NCBI RefSeq assembly: GCF_006345805.1
Contig: NC_043000.1
Location: forward strand, 19,406,001 to 19,470,000
Source: Octopus sinensis
Taxonomy: Eukaryota
Reading direction: 5' to 3'
Length of the DNA: 64,000 nucleotides
Part shown: piece by piece, positions 11,527-23,474 of the stretch
Layout of the letters: each line of letters opens with the position of its first letter
How positions within the stretch are numbered: the stretch's first letter is position 1
Position numbers and translations under genes: made by a program
Notes under the pieces: generated by a model
What the model was told of the DNA's origin: nothing
Databases searched by the model: none
Seen by the model: only the letters and a program-made list of their open reading frames with translations

Positions 11527-11803
11527 AAAATCTGAGTCAGAACGTCAGCTGGATCTCATTAAATGACGACCCTATTATGAGCGTTGGATTCATTAAGCGT
11601 TCATTAGTCAGTCCCAGGTCAGCTAACGATCAATTAGACCTCTTTGATCAAAGACATTCTCGTCATGACGATCCTGTAATTTCTAAGTGAAATGTGTATT
11701 GATCTAACAACGGTTTCAAATTTTAGCACAAGGAGAGCAATTTCGGGGGAGAATGTATGTCGATTACATCGACCCCAGTACTAAAGTGGTACTTATTTTT
11801 ATC

Positions 11804-12030
11804 GCGAGCTGGCAGAAACGTTAGCACGCCGGGCGAAATGCTTAGCGGTATTTCGTCTGCCGTTACGTTGTGAGTTCAAATTCCGCCGAGGTTGACTTTG
11901 CTTTTCATCCTTTCGGGGTCGATAAATTAAGTACCAGTTACGCACTGGGGTCGATGTAATCGTCTTAATACCTATGTCCTTGTTTGTCCCCTCTAAGTTT
12001 AGCCCCTTGTGGGTAATAAGGAAATAGGTA
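11804..12030 (+). mobile_element. SINE family B1 (Tx1-like tail), full length
   Basis: GCGAGCTGGCAGAAACG head, GAGTTCAAATTCC B box, tail TTTAGCCCCTTGTGGGTAATAAGGAAATA. Flanked by inverted family-B fragments. Confidence 0.9.
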
Positions 12031-12605
12031 CTTATTTTTATCGACCCCGAAAGGATAAAATGCAAAGTCGACTTCGGTGGAATTTAATCTCAGAACGTAA
12101 AGACGTACGAAATGCCACTAGGCAGTTTTACTGTTCGCCGCCCTATACAGAACTAATATTAAAAAAAGGGTTTTCTGGGGTTTTTTTAATGAAAGCGTAG
12201 ACTGATGGCAATTTCGCTGCTATTTGTAACAGGTCGAGCAATGATATACATGCTATTTCGTTCGATAGTCAATCATCAAAATACCTTCAAGTTTCATTCG
12301 TAATCCATCCTTCCATCCATTCATCCATCCATCTATATTCTCTGCTTACTGTTCTTGGGAAGGGTCGTGGGGGTAAAAATCCTCTGCAACTCCTCTATAG
12401 GGTCCTATCTGAAACAACTGCCTTTACACTTTTGTTGCTAGAAAGGAAAAGCCTTAACAAGATGCACCAATACCAGCTCCTCCGTCGCCTTGATCACAAT
12501 TTCCACGCAAGACCGAGAATCACTTGACTATTGTTAATGTGATTTCCTCTTAAACTCCTACCATTTTCTCAGAAACGAATATTTTTCACTTTGCTCATTT
12601 TACTT

Positions 12606-12775
12606 ACGTACGTATGTACGTATGTATGTATGTATGTATGTATGTATGTATGTATGTATGTATGTATGTATGTATGTATGTATGTATGTACATATGTATG
12701 TGAATGTATGTATGTATGCATGCATGCATGTGAATGTATGTATGTATGTATGTATGTATGTTTGTATGTATGTAC

Positions 12776-12806
<31 letters not shown>

Positions 12807-12911
12807 TGTATGTGAATGTATGTATGTATGTATGTATGTGAATGTATGTATGTATGTATGTATGTATGTATGTATGTATGTATGTATGTATGTATGTATG
12901 TATGTATGTAT
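12606..12911. repeat. (TATG)n microsatellite
   Basis: Directly visible. Confidence 0.95.
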
Positions 12912-13103
12912 GTATGCATGTATACGACGCACCGCTGCTCATAACTATGCCTGCTTCAAGTATGCATGTATACGACGCACCGCTGCTCATAACTATGCCT
13001 GCTTCAAGTATGCATGTATACGACGCACCGCTGCTCATAACTATGCCTGCTTCAAGTATGCATGTATACGACGCACCGCTGCTCATAACTATGCCTGCTT
13101 CAA
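12912..13103. repeat. Perfect tandem repeat, 4 x 48 bp
   Basis: Unit GTATGCATGTATACGACGCACCGCTGCTCATAACTATGCCTGCTTCAA starts at 12912, 12960, 13008 and 13056. Confidence 0.95.
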
Positions 13104-13299
13104 TTAACTAGCAAGAAGTAAGCACTTTCTGTTCAACCATGCAAGATTCACTCGCCTCTTAATTAGTTATTCCTTTCGTTTTCCACTGCCAGAACACCTT
13201 ATCAAATCTTGTAACTTCAGAAAGCTGTAGAAGATTTTTTTTTTTTAATCACTGGACAGAAATTTGCCAAGAACATCTGCGTGAATATCAGCCAGCCAG

Positions 13300-13466
13300 G
13301 TAGCCACTGTGTTGTGCTGCTTGTATGTATACAGACAGCCGGTTCCTTGTCTCCAGTCCATTCTTTGATTTCGTCAGTCCATAAACGTCTTTGGCGGCCG
13401 CTTGCTCGCTTACCTTCAACACTTCCTGTCAAGATGGTCAAGGACGGTGACTCGTGATGCATCGTG
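13300..13466 (-). mobile_element. RTE-clade LINE C-terminal fragment
   Basis: HESPSLTILTGSVEGKRASGRQRRLWTDEIKEWTG resembles the RTE motif ILxGxVEGxRxxGRxRxRWxDxIKEW. Confidence 0.7.
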
Positions 13467-13557
13467 TATGTAAAATATGGAAGATTTATGTACATATACA
13501 GATTACATATATATATGTGTGTGTGTGTGTGGTGTGGGTGTGTGGTGTCTGAAAGTG

Positions 13558-13623
<66 letters not shown>

Positions 13624-13668
13624 ATATATATATATATATATATATATAATAATATATTATATAATATT

Positions 13669-14086
13669 GGCGCAGGAGTGGCGTGTGGTAGTGGCTTGCT
13701 AACCAACCACATGGTTCCGGGTTCAGTCCCACTGCGTGCATCTTGGGCAAGTGTCTTCTGCTATAGCCCCGGGCCGACCCAATGCCTTGTGAGTGGATTT
13801 GGTAGACGGAAACTGAAAGAAGCCTGTCGTATATATGTATATATATATATATGTATGTGTGTGTATGCGTTTGTGTGTCTGTGTTTGTCCCCTAGCATTG
13901 CTTGACAACCGATGCTGGCTGGTATATTTACGTCCCCGTCACTTAGCGGTTCGGCAAAAGGGACCGATAGAATAAGTACTGGGCTTACAAAGAATAAGTC
14001 CCCGGGGTCGATTTGCTCGACTAAAGGCGGTGCTCCAGCATGGCCGCAGTCAAATGACTGAAACAAAGTAAAAGAGTAAAAGAGTA
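13669..14086 (+). mobile_element. SINE family A, full length
   Basis: Homologous to 10103-10527. Confidence 0.9.
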
Positions 14087-14088
14087 TA

Positions 14089-14133
<45 letters not shown>

Positions 14134-14136
<3 letters not shown>

Positions 14137-14345
14137 TTTTATTCCTTTATTTGTTTTCAGTCATTTCACTGCGGACATACTGGAGCACCGCCTTTAGTCG
14201 AACAAATCCACCCCAGGACTTATTCTTCGTAGCCTAGAACTTATTCTATCGGTTTCTTTTGCCGAACCACTAAGTTACGGCGACATAAAAACAGCAAAAT
14301 CGGTTGTTCAAGCGGGGAGATAAACACAGACATACAAACTACACA
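14134..14345 (-). mobile_element. SINE family A, 3' half (inverted relative to the upstream copy)
   Basis: Reverse-complement homology to the family A tail. Confidence 0.8.
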
Positions 14346-14394
14346 TATCTATACATGTATGTATATCAATCTAGCTAGCTATTTGTCTATCTCT

Positions 14395-14491
<97 letters not shown>

Positions 14492-14517
14492 ATATATTAT
14501 ATAGATATATAATATAT

Positions 14518-14688
14518 AACGGGAAGCTTTATGAAAATAGAAAAAGACGAAGGCAGGTGGAATACAAACAAACAATTGTATTAGTATGGCGCTCAGGAAA
14601 TATAAAATAAAACAAGTCTTAACGTTTCGAGCCTACGCTCTTCAACAGAAAGATACACAGAGAAGAAACACAGAAAGAAGGAGAGAAA

Positions 14689-14690
<2 letters not shown>
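14518..14690 (-). mobile_element. Short non-autonomous PLE-terminus-like repeat with hammerhead-like motif, embedded in (AT)n
   Basis: Reverse complement of 21055-21230. TCTTT-CTGTTGA-A-GAGC-GTAG-GCTC-GAAAC-GT-T-AAGA at 14617-14653. Confidence 0.7.
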
Positions 14691-14736
<46 letters not shown>

Positions 14737-14739
14737 TTT

Positions 14740-15120
14740 GCGCAAGAGTGGCTATGTGGTAAATAACTTGCTTACCAACCACATGGTTCTGGGTTCAGTC
14801 CCACTGCGTGATACCTTGGGCAAGTGTCTTGTACTATAGCCTCGGGCCGAACAAAGCATTATGAGTGGATTTGGTAGTAGGAAACTGAAAGAAGCCCATC
14901 GTGTGTGTCATTGTTTGTCCACCCAACATCGCTTGACAACCGCTGTTGGTGTGTCTACGTCTCTGTAACTTAGGGATTCGGCAAAAGAGACCCATAAAAT
15001 AAGTACTAGTATTACAAAGAATAAGTCCTGGGGTCGATTTGTTTGACTAAAGTCAGTGCTCCACCATGGCCGCAGTTAAATGGCTGAAAGAAATAGAAGA
15101 AAAAAGAAAAGAATAAAAGA
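14740..15120 (+). mobile_element. SINE family A, older copy almost lacking the internal microsatellite
   Basis: Homologous head, body and tail. Confidence 0.85.
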
Positions 15121-15267
15121 ATATTTATATATATATATTATATATACGTATATGTACATACTTACATCTATACGTATGTATATATATATATATATATATA
15201 TTATATATGTACATACTTACATCTATACATATGTATATATATATAATATATATATATTATATATATA

Positions 15268-15690
15268 TAGCATATGTGGCACACAGGAGGTCAGGAAACG
15301 TGTACAAGAAAAAAATATAATGCACAAGTACATGAAACATGAACTATTTTTTCGAACAACAAAAGACACAAATGGAAAACAAAGCGAGCAACATAAAGAA
15401 CGACCCTTCATCAGTTGTTGGCTGTTTTCTAGAATCGTATTTCGAGCATTTAACAACAATATACGCTTTCTCGATGAAACAGTTTCTCCCGCAATGCAAA
15501 TTACATAAAATTTGGGATTTTGCGGAAGGTCAAAATTGGTAACACAAACAGGACAATGAAAACAAACAGGAAGGGCTGCTAAGCCTAAACGAGGTTGTGG
15601 TGGCGAACGCGTAAATCAAGCTAGGACAGGAGACAAACAGGAGCACGTCTTCCTTGTTTCAGCTACAACGGAGAGAAAAAAAGAAAAATG
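15268..15690 (-). mobile_element. Unclassified repeat, probably PLE 3'-terminal-like; related to 28085-28310 and 39058-39168
   Basis: Shares CAACTGA(T/A)GAAGGG...TTCTTTATGTTGC...GTTGTTCGAAAAA with the 28 kb copy; ends in (AT)n. Confidence 0.45.
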
Positions 15691-15788
15691 GCCTATGGTC
15701 ACGTGGGATCAGTTTCCCTCTACCGGATCCACTCACATATACATGAAACAGAAAACATGTAAGGGATTACAAGTGTGTACATAGATAG

Positions 15789-15827
<39 letters not shown>

Positions 15828-16008
15828 CAGACAGAGAGAGAGAGACAGATAGATAGAGAGAGAGAGAGAGGGAGAGAGGAGAGAGAGAGAGATAGACAGA
15901 CAGATAGACAAATAGACAGATAGACAGATAGACAGACAGACAGACAGATAGATAGATAGATAGATAGATAGATACATACATACATACATACATACATACA
16001 TACATACA

Positions 16009-16042
<34 letters not shown>

Positions 16043-16940
16043 CATATACAATTGCTTAAAATTATTCTTGCACCGTGGGAAAATAACCATCTGTTTCGTA
16101 CAAGAAAGTCAAAGGAAACTACCCCTAAATCGAAACTGAATCCTTTTTTTTGAAATCTATTAGTAACTCACGATAGTATGTATGACTGTTCGTTAGCGAG
16201 TATGGTATCAATAGCAACAATAATAACCGCCAAAACAAAGAACACCAGCAATAACAATAACAACAACCACAAGAGCAGCAGCAACACCATAAACACAAGA
16301 ACACTGACACAACAACAACAACAACAACTGTAATAACAACAGTAATAATAACCAGGACATAACAACGCTATTCTTAATGTAAAACTACTAATGAAAGTAC
16401 AAGGTAGTCTCAAGAGATTTGAGTGTTATGATTAAAAATTTGTTTCAGTTATGGTGGTAGAAAAGAGAAACACACGCTGTAAACCTATATTTCCGTTGAG
16501 TGACCTGTATTTGACCCTGAACGAATGACAAATGTTTTTACGAAGATCTGATTAGTATTTCGAACACGTGGATAAGATTATTAAGATGTTTTCAAAGATG
16601 GTGGAGGAAATATCGGAACACTTGAGCTAGCTGATATGAATCAGATGCCGGTTTAATAGATCTCATTTGATAACTTATATTAGTCTAAGCCACAACGAAT
16701 TACAGGAATTTCCAAGACTTCTGCAGTGGTTGTCTCACAGTGAGTATATAGCGTACTCCTAGCATGCGTACTCTGAAGAGAACGCTATCATAAAAATGTA
16801 TTCACAAATTATAAATGAATAGGAAGTTTAAAACATCGTTTCTCAACCACTTTTTACCTATGGACTCACCTTGATTCCGATTTTACTCGCATGGACCCTC
16901 CTAGACATTCGATGTTTAATAAATCATATATGTTTATAAT

Positions 16941-17162
16941 AAGGCGGCGAGCTGGCAGAGACGTTAGCACGCCGGGCGAAATGCGTAACCGTATTTCGTC
17001 TGCCGCTACGTCGTGAGTTCAAATTCCGCCGAGGTCGACTTTACCTTTCATCCTTTCGGGTTCGATTAAATGAGTACCAGTTACGCACTGGGGTTGATAT
17101 AATAGACTTAATCCGTTTGTTTGTCCTCACTGTGTTTAGCCCATTGTGGGTAGTAAAGAAAT
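16941..17162 (+). mobile_element. SINE family B1, full length with 15 bp TSD
   Basis: TSD ATATATGTTTATAAT at 16926-16940 and 17163-17177. Confidence 0.92.
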
Positions 17163-17655
17163 ATATATGTTTATAATTAAACATTATTGGGACTTGTATA
17201 GTGCGTAGCGTGGGTATTGGTCGCTAGTGCGGTGGCCAAATTGTGCGACCTCTACCTTAAACGAAACAGACTTTCGAATACAGCATAGATACGCACATAA
17301 AGTGGTTGTCCAGTGCTATCCGCACCACCTACGCTACTACACTACAGCTACTGCAGGGGTAATGGGCACCGCCCCTTCCCCCAAAACTCATCAAGTTAAA
17401 AAATAAATCAAAACAAAATAAAAGTGTCCGTCCATCAAATTTATCTCAAATTAGCAATTATAGTAATTGTTTCTAACATTGGCAAATGGCCACAAGTTTG
17501 AAAGAAGGGTTAGTCGATAAAATCGACCTCAGTATTTGACTACGAGTTTATTTTTCCGACTCAAAAAGGACGAAGAATAAAATTTACGCTGCTGAGATTT
17601 CAACTCAAAACCTAAAAGGTATTTTATCGAATGCTCTAAAGACGTTACTCTTCAT

Positions 17656-18013
17656 GGATGGATGGAAGCACTCCGTCGGTTACGACGACGAGGGTTCCGG
17701 TTGATCCGAATCAACGGAACAGCCTGCTCGTGAAATTAACGTGTAAGTGGCTGAGCACTCCACAGACACGTGTACCCTTAACGTAGTTCTCGGGGATATT
17801 CAGCGTGACACAGAGAGTGACAAGGCCGGCCCCTTGAAATACAGGTACAACAGAAACAGGAAGTAAGAGTGAGAGAAAGTTGTGGTGAAAGAGTACAGCA
17901 GGGATCACCACCATCCCCTGCCGGAGCCTCGTGGAGCTTTAGGTGTTTTCGCTCAATAAACACTCACAACGACCGCGAGTCCGCTGCCCTAACCACTGGG
18001 CCATTGTGCCTCC
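17656..18013 (-). mobile_element. tRNA-derived SINE family C with 14 bp TSD and (TCCA)n tail
   Basis: TSD ACGTTACTCTTCAT at 17642-17655 and 18014-18027. Homologous to 50552-50935 with a small deletion in the head. Confidence 0.92.
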
Positions 18014-19109
18014 ACGTTACTCTTCATATTATCATGTCTAATAAACTCGAATGTTATTCCATAACTTGCATTTATTTGCGACATCAGCGACGAGAACTTG
18101 ACTCAACTACAAATCATCATTTTGATCTTCATGCGCTTATACTAAATATAGTAAAAAAATGTTTAAGATTTATTAGTAACTGCAAAAATAATTTGCCAAA
18201 ATATTTTACATTGCTTTTAGAAAATCTATCGGGTAAAAATGTTAGATGCTCCTCACTCTGGATATTTCCCAGCTATTCTGGTATTACCAGATACAAAATA
18301 TTCGTTAAGACTGAAATTCTAAAGTTATGGCTTGAATTTGATATATTCTAAATATACATTATAGTCGAGACAAGCTAATCTTAGAAACTTCATCGTTGTG
18401 TAATTAGCATCAAATTTACATTTTCTCTTACTCAATATATCGTATCCGTTTCCAGCCCACGTTCACTGGCTGGTAACCAGATTATTTTATTAGATCTTCA
18501 TTTCCGTGTTTACCTTCATTCGTTAAATCTCATCTCCATGCTCATAAATGATATTAGAAGAATTGAAAACACACACACCACACACACACACACACACGCA
18601 CACGCACACACACGCATACACACACACACACACACACACGCGCACGCACACGCATACACACACACGCATACACCACACACACACACACACACGCACACGA
18701 TGGCACACATTTTTTTTTTCTTAATACATTCTGGAAATGAAAATAACAAGCGTCACGACTCTTGTTTATAATTTCAGCAAGCAAAGTGTTTCTTGCTCTG
18801 TACTCACATCCTGTCAACTGACATTAAACCATCACATGCACGATGAACAACTAGAATCAACACGATGGCTTGCATATTTATTTTAAAAACATTCCGGCTG
18901 ATTCAAGCGCGAATATAATCGCTGTTGTGTTACGTCACAAGAGAACAAACTCCTTTATGACGAATTTGTGTTAATAACAGAGGCGATTCATTAGTGAGAG
19001 GGATTCTGAGAAAAACGGTGTTTTGACGTCCCAGAATGGTAAAGAGCAACCAACCAAGATAGTTCGAGAAGGTATTATTTTTTATCTATTTATTTTTTTT
19101 CTTTTATTG

Positions 19110-19310
19110 CAAGGCGACGAACTGGCGGAATCTTATCTGCATTTCGTCCATCTTTACGAACTGAGTTCAAATTCCGCCGAGGTCGACTTTGCCTTTTATT
19201 CTTTCGAGGTCGATAAAATAAATACCAGTTGAGCACTGGGGTTAATGTAATCAACTAGCCAACTTTCTCAAAATTGCTGGCCTTGTGCCAAAATTTGAAG
19301 CCAATTTTTT
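19110..19310 (+). mobile_element. SINE family B2
   Basis: Central block plus tail AAATTGCTGGCCTTGTGCCAAAATTTGAA. Confidence 0.8.
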
Positions 19311-21054
19311 TGTTTGTTTTTGTTCCAAAATTTACTTCTACCACAAGAAAATATAACTGAATATTTCTGTTTAAATTAGACAGTTTCTGTTGCAGGAGTG
19401 GGGCACAAATTAAGCCTTCCATTAAAAGTGAATTCCTGTTGAGTTGAGTATGTGAAGTGAGTAAGAGTGGTGCTATCACTTTGATTACAGGCATATTTAG
19501 TTATAAGCAAAGCAAAATCACTCTGGCAGGAAGACTGAAGAAATATCTAGTAGTAAATAAGTGTTGTCTACAATCTTTATCTCCGAAAACTTTGTGTTAG
19601 AGTCCTCAGCTGATCAGTTCAAAAGGGGTACTGAGTGATCAGTAAACGGTCCTTGATTGCTCCTGTACACAAATGTCTTTATTACTGTTCTGCCACCGCT
19701 TACAGTACGAAAATATTACACCTTTTGATACGTATCTGATGAGACGCAAGTCGTACCCAATACGCTTAAGGCAATCTTTATTTAATCTAATTGTTCGCTA
19801 AATTCCACCTCATAAATAAATGTTGAAGTCTATCACGAACCTAGAAGTCCATTAGATCTATTAGAACTTATCCATCTGTCTGTAACGTTTAAATGACTGA
19901 GAGTCAGAAGAGTACCCCCGAACGGGACACCAGTCCGTCGCAATATCAAACACCCTTCCCCACCAGCTGTCGTTTCTACTCATTTCCAGTTGAATGAATT
20001 GAGACAACGTGAAATGATAATTGACCAAATGATAACTAGATGAGTTATTAAATAACTGGATTTGATGTGAAACTTAATATTGGTTCTTTTTATCCATTTG
20101 CACTTAATTCGCTGAACAGATAAACTAAGCAGAAAACCAGAGATTATTTAAAGAAATCGTTTTTAATACATGGCTATGGAGATACCGTATTGCATATCAT
20201 ATTCGAAAAGTTCTACATTAATTTCTTGAACTCATACATTTTATTTTTAGACATTTTCTCTACTTCTTACTATGTTATCAACAATTACTTGAACGTGATA
20301 CGTTTAACATAGGATTAATTTTAAAGTAACACGGGTGGATTGTTTTTCTTTCTCTTTTCTTTTTAAACATGAAAATCTAAGAAATAGATACTGTTCGAAG
20401 AACTCCTACAGCCAATATTACTACATTCTTTCCTGTTGTATGATGATAAATCGGTTAAGCAAGATTCAAAGTAATGGAAAGAAGAACAAAAATGTTTAAA
20501 TCAAATAAAATAACAAGCAGAAGAATTTGATCTCACTCTTGAGAACAGAACTGTTATTATTACCGTTTTCGCATGAGTTCGTATGTAAGCTTGCGTGTTT
20601 ATGTATATCGTGGCATCGTCACTAAGGAATCGTTGAACCTAAATGATTTGGTGGCGATTGAATTGGTGACTTTCACCGAGTAGGTGTTCGTTCATACAGA
20701 TGAAGCTCTCAGAAAACAAGCAACAACTCGAATGCTTGTTTATATTGCATTTGTGTGTAACTGTGCGTAGCGTCTACACACGACATTTGGTCTGAGTGTA
20801 GCTATTTCATAGAATGCGTATCGGTATGGATTATAGCCTGTATGTGGATGCGTGAATTTCAATCTGTCTGATTCCATCTGAACTAATACAGTGAATTTGT
20901 TTTCTTTTCGGAATTCTTCAAACTTTTAGGCTGATATAAAAATTTGTATATATAACATTATCTTGACATAGATGAAGCCACAACATCCCAATATAAATGT
21001 ACTGCTTTACTCTCACACGCGCGTATCATGTTGATTCGCTAGCTTCTGCACGCA

Positions 21055-21229
21055 TTTTTTTTTCTCTCCTTGTTTCTTTCTGTGTTTCTTTTCTGTGTAT
21101 CTTTCTGTTGAAGAGCGTAGGCTCGAAACGTAAAAGACTTGTTTTATTTCTATTCCTGAGCGCCATACTAACACAATTGTTTGTTTATATTCCACCTGCC
21201 TTCGTCTTTGTATTTTTAAAGCTTCCCGT

Positions 21230-21230
<1 letters not shown>
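21055..21230 (+). mobile_element. Short non-autonomous PLE-terminus-like repeat with hammerhead-like motif, 3' end in (AT)n
   Basis: TCTTT-CTGTTGA-A-GAGC-GTAG-GCTC-GAAAC-GT-A-AAAGA at 21100-21137. Confidence 0.7.
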
Positions 21231-21260
<30 letters not shown>

Positions 21261-21497
21261 GTATATCAAAAAAGGGAGGCACAGTAAAGTGCTATACACA
21301 AAATCGGATTCGGTTCTGGAATTCTCAATACACTCTGGAATCCAGTATAGTGAGATGCGGAGCACCAAACTCGGGTTAGTCTAGAGTGCGGAGTACAAGT
21401 CAAATATGAGAAAAAGAATGATAAGCAGGAAACAAGCGCGGTATTTACCTAATCTGTGTTTATGATATGTATGCGCGCGCGCGTGTGGTGTAATATA

Positions 21498-21829
21498 TCT
21501 TTATATATAAAAGTAAGGTTGTGTGTCTGTCTCCTACGATTTAGATTCCTAACTACTCCCACATTTTGCGGTGCAGTTTAACCAAAACCGGGTATCTTAT
21601 AGTCGTGATTCATATCGAGCCCTTCTGGGTATTAATCATATTTTTTTTAATATAAGGGAAGTAACTCTCTAAAAATGTCTACGATGAGTCAACGATTTTT
21701 AAAAAAAATTACCATCATATTTTTTCCATTTTTAATGCATTTTTTTGCTATTTTTTGGCTATAACTATCTAAAAATGCTTTATAGTTATTTCCCTTACAA
21801 ACCCGAGCAACGCCGGGCGATACTGCTAT
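21498..21829 (+). mobile_element. Non-autonomous Helitron
   Basis: 5' A|TC start, subterminal hairpin CCCGAGCAACGCCGGG, 3' end CTAT (CTAG in the other copies), no TSD. Confidence 0.85.
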
Positions 21830-21830
21830 T

Positions 21831-21875
<45 letters not shown>

Positions 21876-22075
21876 TTTTATTTGTTTGTGTCATTTAACT
21901 GCAGCCATTCTGGGGCACCGCCTCAAAGTGTTATAGTCGAAGAAATCTGCCCCAGGTCTTATTCTTTGTAAACTTAGTACTTATTTTATCGGTTTCTTTT
22001 GCCTTACCTCTAAGTTATGGGGGCGTAAACACACTAACATCGGTTGTTTAGTACTGTCTGGTTCTGCATCAGGGC

Positions 22076-22128
<53 letters not shown>

Positions 22129-22136
22129 TTATTATT

Positions 22137-22264
22137 CAGTAGTTTTATTTTTATAGCGTGCTTTCACTTCACTACCGAGCGCAGCTCTGTGTGCCTTAGG
22201 TATGTGTTGTGATTTGTTGTGATGCTCTGATGGTTATTGTATGGAAAGTGTTCTGCGTAGGAAT
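22137..22264 (-). mobile_element. Very short R4/Dong-like LINE 3' end inside (TAA)n
   Basis: Encodes the ORF end LRRTLSIQ-stop plus 3'UTR; (ATT)n on both sides (22078-22136 and 22265-22331). Confidence 0.75.
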
Positions 22265-22280
22265 ATTATTATTATTATTA

Positions 22281-22331
<51 letters not shown>

Positions 22332-22601
22332 TTCAGACGTATCGAGCGTACTTCACCCTGTTGTAATGTGCAGGGTACATGGGCGATCCACTACGAGCCA
22401 TTTATTTTCTGTGTATGTGTACTTGTATGCCTTTATTCCATACAGATACGAAGCCCGGTGTTCGATGGGGTGGTTGTTCGAACGTGTCAGGCCCCACCTT
22501 CATGCCTACATATGTGGACGGGATTTGAAGGAGATTCAGCTGCCCCTTTTTAGCCTTTCGAATAACAGTTATGTATTAAATCACGTGTTCGTACAGATGT
22601 A

Positions 22602-23003
22602 TACTCTTTTACTTGTTTCAGTCATTTGACTGCGGCCATGCTAGAGCACCGCCTTTTATCGAGCAACTCGACCCCGGGAATTATTCTATTGTAAGCCCAG
22701 TACTTATTCTATCGGTCTCTTTTGCCGAACCGCTAAGTAATGGGGACATAAACACACAGCATCGGTTATCAAGCAATGCTAGGGGGACAAACACAGACAC
22801 ACAAACACACACATACATATACATATATATACATATATACGACGGGCTTCTTTCAGTTTCCGTCTACCAAATCCACTCACAAGGCATTGGTCGGCCCGGG
22901 GCTATAGCAGAAGACACTTGCCCAAGGTGCCACGCAGTGGGACTGAACCCGGAACCATGTGGTTGGTTAGTAAGCTACTTACCACACAGCCACTCCTGCG
23001 CCT
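22602..23003 (-). mobile_element. SINE family A, full length
   Basis: Reverse-complement homology. Confidence 0.9.
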
Positions 23004-23474
23004 GTGTATTCGTATGTATAAGTATATGCCCTAAAAGTATAAAGTACCAAACGCAAATATATACTATAAAATGACCCCAGAAACAGATGCGATTAGTCAA
23101 CACCCAAAATTATCATCACTACAAACCCGCATCTCCGTTTGAGTAAACTGTCTCACAAACGAAATTTAGAATCACATAATGGTGTATGTTTTAATTTGGC
23201 CTTGACTAAACATCTTCAACAGACGACAACCGGTCTACAGTAGCCCTCACCCTTGTATTGTTCAACTCCCGCCGTCTTAATAAGTACTGAAAACTTGTAA
23301 ACAGACTTATCCAGTTTAAACAAAGCAAGGACACGAAACACTACAACATAAGACAACCAAGAACACTAAAATAATAGAAGCTGAAAAATAGTGTGTGTGT
23401 GTGTGTGTGAGGTGCGCTGGTATAGCTGCACGTATGTTATATATATATATAAATATATACATATATAAACCTTA

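Noticed and set aside
12569-13111. Long ORFs (up to 161 aa) and a CRISPR-like look of the 48 bp repeats
   Set aside because: The ORFs are translations of (TATG)n. The repeats have no spacers and the DNA is eukaryotic.
15345-15420. CTGATGAAGGG...GTTCGAAA (also 28155-28220) as a hammerhead
   Set aside because: Helices I and III could not be built convincingly; kept only as repeat homology.
17199-17344. Small MITE-like inverted repeat (~18 bp imperfect arms)
   Set aside because: Arms short and imperfect, single copy; could be chance.
22613-23074. Recurrent ORFs such as FQSFDCGHAGAPP... and GPGAIAEDTCPRCHAVGLNPEPCG
   Set aside because: Chance translations of SINE family A, not a gene family.
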